From NCBI GenBank assembly GCA_965215235.1, contig OZ244053.1, forward strand, positions 1,953,649 through 2,017,648: a stretch of DNA of 64,000 nucleotides, read 5' to 3'. This document shows positions 60,018 through 64,000 of the stretch, piece by piece. The notes under the pieces are model-generated. The model ran no database searches, was not told where the DNA came from, and saw only the letters and a program-made list of their open reading frames with translations. Both the position numbers and the translations under genes were made by a program. Source of the DNA: Terriglobia bacterium. Lineage in GTDB: Bacteria; Acidobacteriota; Terriglobia; Versatilivoradales; Versatilivoraceae. The stretch's first letter is position 1, and each line of letters opens with the position of its first letter.

Positions 60018-61709
60018 TTGCTCAAAAAAGTCATCGCAACCCATCTGATTCTTCTTGTCTGTGTTGCTCTATCCGAAAGTAGCGGCGCCTCGAATCAAAC
60101 CATTCAATTCACCGACATCACCGAAGCTGCCGGCATCGTCTTTGTTCGTCCATCAGCCCCTGAGAAAAAGTATGTGGTGGAATCCATCAGTGCGGGGGCA
60201 GCCCTCTTTGATTTCGACAACGATGGACTGCTGGACATTTACCTCGTCAACGCTTTGACCGTGGAAAATCCTGGGGAATCTTTTCCCAGCGCACTTTATC
60301 GCAATCGGGGAGACGGGACTTTCAAGGAAGTCGCCGCCGAGGCTGGCGTCGCCCATCCCGGATGGGGAATGGGAGCCGCCGTGGCTGATGTTAACAACGA
60401 CGGTTGGCTCGATCTCTATGTGACTTGCTTTGGCCCCAATAGACTCTACCTCAACAGAGGCGACGGCACTTTCCGCGACGAAACCCGTAAGGCCAAAGTC
60501 GGCGACCCCGGCTGTGGTCAGGGAGCAGCCTTTGGCGACTACGACAACGATGGAGACGTCGATCTCTACGTTGCCAACTATGTGGAATTCGACCTCAACA
60601 AGTTACCTGAGTTTGGCAAGGGCCATTTCTGTCATTACCGGGGGGTTCCCGTGCAATGCGGTCCTCGTGGTTTGCCCGGGGGAGAGGACGTGCTGTATCG
60701 CAACCAGGGTGACGGTACATTTGTCGATGTGACCCGGACAGCCAAAGTGCTGGAGAGAGACCGACTCTATGGCATGGGCGTCATCTGGGCAGACCTCGAC
60801 AAAGACGGGCGGCTGGACCTCTACGTCGCTAACGATACCCAAGCCAATTACCTTTACAGGAACTTGGGTGACGGGACCTTTAGGGAGGTGGGTCTTGAGT
60901 CGGGAGTGGCTGTCGCCCAAGACGGCAGTCCGCAGGGATCCATGGGAGTCGCTATCGGCGATTATAACCGCGATGGTTGGTCCGATATTTTTGTCACCAA
61001 TTATGCTGATCAGTATCATTCCCTCTACCGCCAAGATCGAGCCTTCTTTTTCAGCGACGTCTCTTTTGGCTCTCGAGTTGCGGCCAGTAGTTTTCCCTTC
61101 GTCGGCTGGGGGGCAGGCTTCGTCGACTTTGACAACGATGGATGGCCCGACCTGATGGCTGTCAACAGTCACGTCTACCCTCAGATCGAACAGCCACCAG
61201 TCAGCGTCCCCTATCGGCAAAGATGTCTGCTGTATCGAAACAATGGAAACGGCACTTTCGCTGAGGTAACGGCCCAGTTCGGCGACCCCTTAATGAAAAA
61301 GCAAACCAGCCGCGGAGCGGCCTTTGGTGACATCGACAACGACGGGGATGTGGATGTCCTTATCAACAATCTGGACGGAGGACCGATGCTCATTCGCAAT
61401 GACGTCGGCGACAGGTCTCACTGGTTGCTTGTCAGAACCGAAGGGACCCAGAGCAACCGGGCCGGCATCGGAGCTCGGGTCAAGGTGGTCACGACCGAAG
61501 GTTCCCAGGAGCAGGAGGTGCGTTCCGGGAGCAGCTATTTGTCACAGAACGATCTTCGACTCCACTTTGGTCTGGGGAAAGAGACCCAAATCAAAGAAAT
61601 GGAAGTCCGCTGGCCCAGCGGAGTCATTGATCACCTGGAAGACGTTCACGCCGATCAGATTCTCACCATTCGAGAGGGCGATCATCCTGCCAGCCAAAAA
61701 CTCGAATAG
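60018..61709 (+). CDS. CRTAC1-family (ASPIC/UnbV, FG-GAP/VCBS repeat) secreted protein, paralogue of 52731..54447
   Basis: Signal peptide, then FDFDNDGLLDIYLVN / ALYRNRGDGTFKEVAAEAGV / DYDNDGDVDLYVANY modules and a C-terminal UnbV_ASPIC domain (...EMEVRWPSGVIDHLEDV...). Confidence 0.8.
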   Translation: MLKKVIATHLILLVCVALSESSGASNQTIQFTDITEAAGIVFVRPSAPEKKYVVESISAGAALFDFDNDGLLDIYLVNALTVENPGESFPSALYRNRGDGTFKEVAAEAGVAHPGWGMGAAVADVNNDGWLDLYVTCFGPNRLYLNRGDGTFRDETRKAKVGDPGCGQGAAFGDYDNDGDVDLYVANYVEFDLNKLPEFGKGHFCHYRGVPVQCGPRGLPGGEDVLYRNQGDGTFVDVTRTAKVLERDRLYGMGVIWADLDKDGRLDLYVANDTQANYLYRNLGDGTFREVGLESGVAVAQDGSPQGSMGVAIGDYNRDGWSDIFVTNYADQYHSLYRQDRAFFFSDVSFGSRVAASSFPFVGWGAGFVDFDNDGWPDLMAVNSHVYPQIEQPPVSVPYRQRCLLYRNNGNGTFAEVTAQFGDPLMKKQTSRGAAFGDIDNDGDVDVLINNLDGGPMLIRNDVGDRSHWLLVRTEGTQSNRAGIGARVKVVTTEGSQEQEVRSGSSYLSQNDLRLHFGLGKETQIKEMEVRWPSGVIDHLEDVHADQILTIREGDHPASQKLE

Positions 61710-61758
61710 CTCTCGGACTCATTGATCGGATTGAGGTTGCTGCAAGGAGGGACGATTT

Positions 61759-63575
61759 ATGGGTAAGAAAGATTTCTTCTTGATCCTTTCGGTCTTTGTC
61801 GGTTGTGGCTTCTTGCTCTCGCCCCCCCTCTTCAGCGGGGAGATCAACACCTGTCCGCTGCCTCGATTCCAACAAGTCCCAATTCTGCAGACTTGCTTTC
61901 CAGACGTCGCTTCTGAGCCACTTTTCAAAGCCATCCAACGAGTACGGTCCCGTCGATTGATGGCGGTGGGAGGCCGCTCGAGTCAAAAAAGACAAGATCA
62001 CCTGGCAACTGGAGGAATTAAAGGACAAAGGCGTCGCAGGAACCTGGCACTACCCCAGGTGGTTGTATCACGAACCCCTGAGCTCGGATCCCCCTTATTG
62101 ATCCGAGGAGCGGTGGCCCCTCATGCGATTCGCCATGGAGGAGCACAGAAGGCTGGGGCTGGTGCACTGGTTTTCCGATTGGACCTCCCATTAATTTCAC
62201 CAGAATCGAGTGTGGCGGGAGCGAACCAAAAACCCGGAGTTGAGGGGGCGGCGGCTGGCCATCCATCAGCGAGTCTCGCGGGAAGCGGGTTCCATTCGCA
62301 TCGCTATCCCTGCCGAGGAGCAGGTCCTCGACGCTGCCGCCTACAGGGTGGTTGACAATCGCCTGGACTACGACTCTCGCCGACCGCTCGGCGACAAGAT
62401 TCGAGACCAACAACTGGTCTGGGCGGCTCCGGGAGCAGGTTGGATCCTTACCGTGATTACCAGTCAACCTTACGATTTGGATTACCTCAGCCGACGAGTG
62501 GTCGATCGTTGGAACGAGGTCTTCCTGGGCGAGTATGAAGAACGTTTCTCCGAGTTTTTCGGCAAGGCTCCGGACGCCTACAGGCCGGACGAGCTGTGGC
62601 TTCTCCTGGGAAACGCTCTTTATTCCAAATTCCAAGGCTCTGGTCGAAAGGGTCAAGTCGTCCAGGGGATACGATCTCTCCACCTGCCTGATCGGTCTAT
62701 TTCACGACATCGGACCCAAGACCGATCAGATTCGCTGCGATTACTATGGCGCGATGTCGGAGATGTTGGAGCACAATTTTTACCAGCCCACCTCACAATG
62801 GCTGGAGAGCCGAGGCTTGCAATACACCACCATTGCCACCTGGGGACGACTGGATCCTTTGGAACATACCTACCACTATGGGGACTATTTCCGCTAACTC
62901 CGGTGGTTTCACGTGACCGGTAACGAGGACCCCTATCGCACGCCGGTCGGGGAGAGGCGTTTGATTGACAGCAAGATCTCCAGCTCCATTGCCCATCTCT
63001 ATGGGTACCAGAGAGGGGCGATGTGCGCATTCTGGAGGTCGGGTTGGGGGGCACCCAAGAGGAAAATCTTGCCTGGACCAACGAGAACTGCGCCTACGGA
63101 ATCAATCTCTACAACCGTCACGGTGGACTCTATACCCTGATGAGAGGCTGGTATGAATGGGCGCCCCCGGCCGTCAATTATTTCCAGCCCTATTGGAAAT
63201 ATTGGAAATCCTTCACCGATTACGTCAAACGCCTGAGTTACATCCTGAGCCAAGGCAAACACCGGGCCGACGTTGCACTTCTCTATCCGCTGACGACCAT
63301 GCACGCCAATTGGGTAGCCGGTAGACTCTCAGGGGCCCGTTGACCCATGATGACCTCTGGCCGGCCTTTGAGCCGGCAGACAATCAATCTGCCCAATCCT
63401 TGATGAGATTGGCCAAGACCATCTATCACCACGGGATCGATCTGGATTTCATCAATCACCTCGGGAGTGCAGCCCTTCCGAGGAGGGAACTCAGGATAAG
63501 TCTTAATCAGGAGGAGGCGATTCAAGGCCCCCCCCTCCGGGGAATTGGCGGCAAAGGCTACCTCAGTCTGTAGCC
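61759..63575 (+). pseudogene. Fragmented gene for a large lipoprotein-signal-bearing protein (unknown family, possibly a glycoside-hydrolase-like enzyme); coding signal hops between frames at least 5 times
   Basis: Lipoprotein-like leader MGKKDFFLILSVFVGCGFLL. Then plausible coding pieces in different frames: RVKKDKITWQLEELKDKGVAGTWHYPRWLYHEP; ...IRIAIPAEEQVLDAAAYRVVDNRLDYDSRRPLGDKIRDQQLVWAAPGAGW...; ...ERVKSSRGYDLSTCLIGLFHDIGPKTDQIRCDYYGAMSEML...; and ...AWTNENCAYGINLYNRHGGLYTLMRGWYEWAPPAVNYFQPYWKYW.... The family call is not secure. Confidence 0.4.
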
Positions 63576-63753
63576 GTGAATGTTAGCCCACGGTTAAGGG
63601 ATGGGAATCACCCCCAACCGCGAAGCAGCGGCAGCCTTTTTCTTGGAGCGGTTGAGCTTGGTCGGCGCTTCGAGGTGGGGTTGAGCGAGAAAACCAACAC
63701 CCTCGTTCGAAGGCAGGTCTCCTCGCGTTGAAATCGACTCTACACTTCCGGCG

Positions 63754-64000
63754 TCAGTTGGCCTCAATGCTCCCGGATAACATCTCGATCATACTCTTGG
63801 CTGACGGGGCGAAAGGCCCATCTGGATCGATTTTGAGATAGTTTTCAAAGGCGTCAACCGTTCCAGGAGCAGGAATTGTTTTTCCCTCCGGCGTGATCTC
63901 GGCCAAGCCCACCAAAGTGAGACCCAACTGATAGTGAGCGTTGGCATTCTTCGGGTCGGCCTCGATGGCTTTGCTAAAGGCTTTTGAGGCGCCGGCAGCA
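63754..64000 (-). CDS. C-terminal end of a TPR-like protein; the gene continues beyond the window
   Basis: Minus-strand translation AAGASKAFSKAIEADPKNANAHYQLGLTLVGLAEITPEGKTIPAPGTVDAFENYLKIDPDGPFAPSAKSMIEMLSGSIEAN* ends at the stop at 63754-63756. Not in the ORF track because it is open at the window edge. Confidence 0.45.
   Translation of the reverse strand, partial: AAGASKAFSKAIEADPKNANAHYQLGLTLVGLAEITPEGKTIPAPGTVDAFENYLKIDPDGPFAPSAKSMIEMLSGSIEAN

Noticed and set aside
1-64000. CRISPR arrays, tRNA/rRNA genes, integrase or transposase ORFs
   Set aside because: No regularly spaced short direct repeats were seen. No tRNA-like T-arm (GTTCGAATC) or acceptor contexts were found. No ORF has integrase or transposase motifs. 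The only mobile-element-like sequences are the two TIR-bounded MITE-like repeats.

Overview
This is a 64 kb high-GC (about 60%) chromosomal segment, probably from an Acidobacteriota-like Gram-negative bacterium. That guess rests on the alpha-2-macroglobulin/PbpC pair, two CRTAC1 (ASPIC/UnbV) proteins, a SpoIVB-type S55 peptidase, many TPR proteins and an LpxD gene. Most of it is housekeeping: the front of an M24 peptidase, hsp20, fused otsA-otsB, an SPFH protein, an Ldh_2 dehydrogenase, nifS/iscS plus mnmA, an HDAC-like protein, trmL, mobA, an arnT-like GT, trxA, mutY, lpxD, pbpC plus bacterial A2M, an M19 dipeptidase, rpsA, sod, fabH and murB. Lower-GC accessory patches break this up:

- ~10.4-12.5 kb: a MITE-like inverted-repeat element, higBA and an orphan ORF.
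- ~22.8-25.9 kb: a ~440 bp direct duplication of the 3' end of an ECF sigma gene, each copy followed by a secreted protein with a homologous leader, then a truncated ankyrin gene and a small membrane protein.
- ~34.4-35.6 kb: vapBC.
- ~44.25-44.76 kb: yefM with a decayed yoeB.
- ~54.5-57.1 kb: a second MITE with the same 15 bp terminal inverted repeats and a multiply frameshifted GmrSD-like type IV restriction gene. This patch sits between two divergently oriented, paralogous TPR + CRTAC1 gene pairs.

At least six otherwise intact genes need a 1-nt indel inside a short homopolymer to restore their frame, so assembly error is as likely as real pseudogenisation. Many long ORFs in the six-frame track are antisense shadows of real genes, as expected at this GC content. 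The first gene runs off the window start and has no in-window stop, so it is absent from the track. I found no tRNA, rRNA or CRISPR array.
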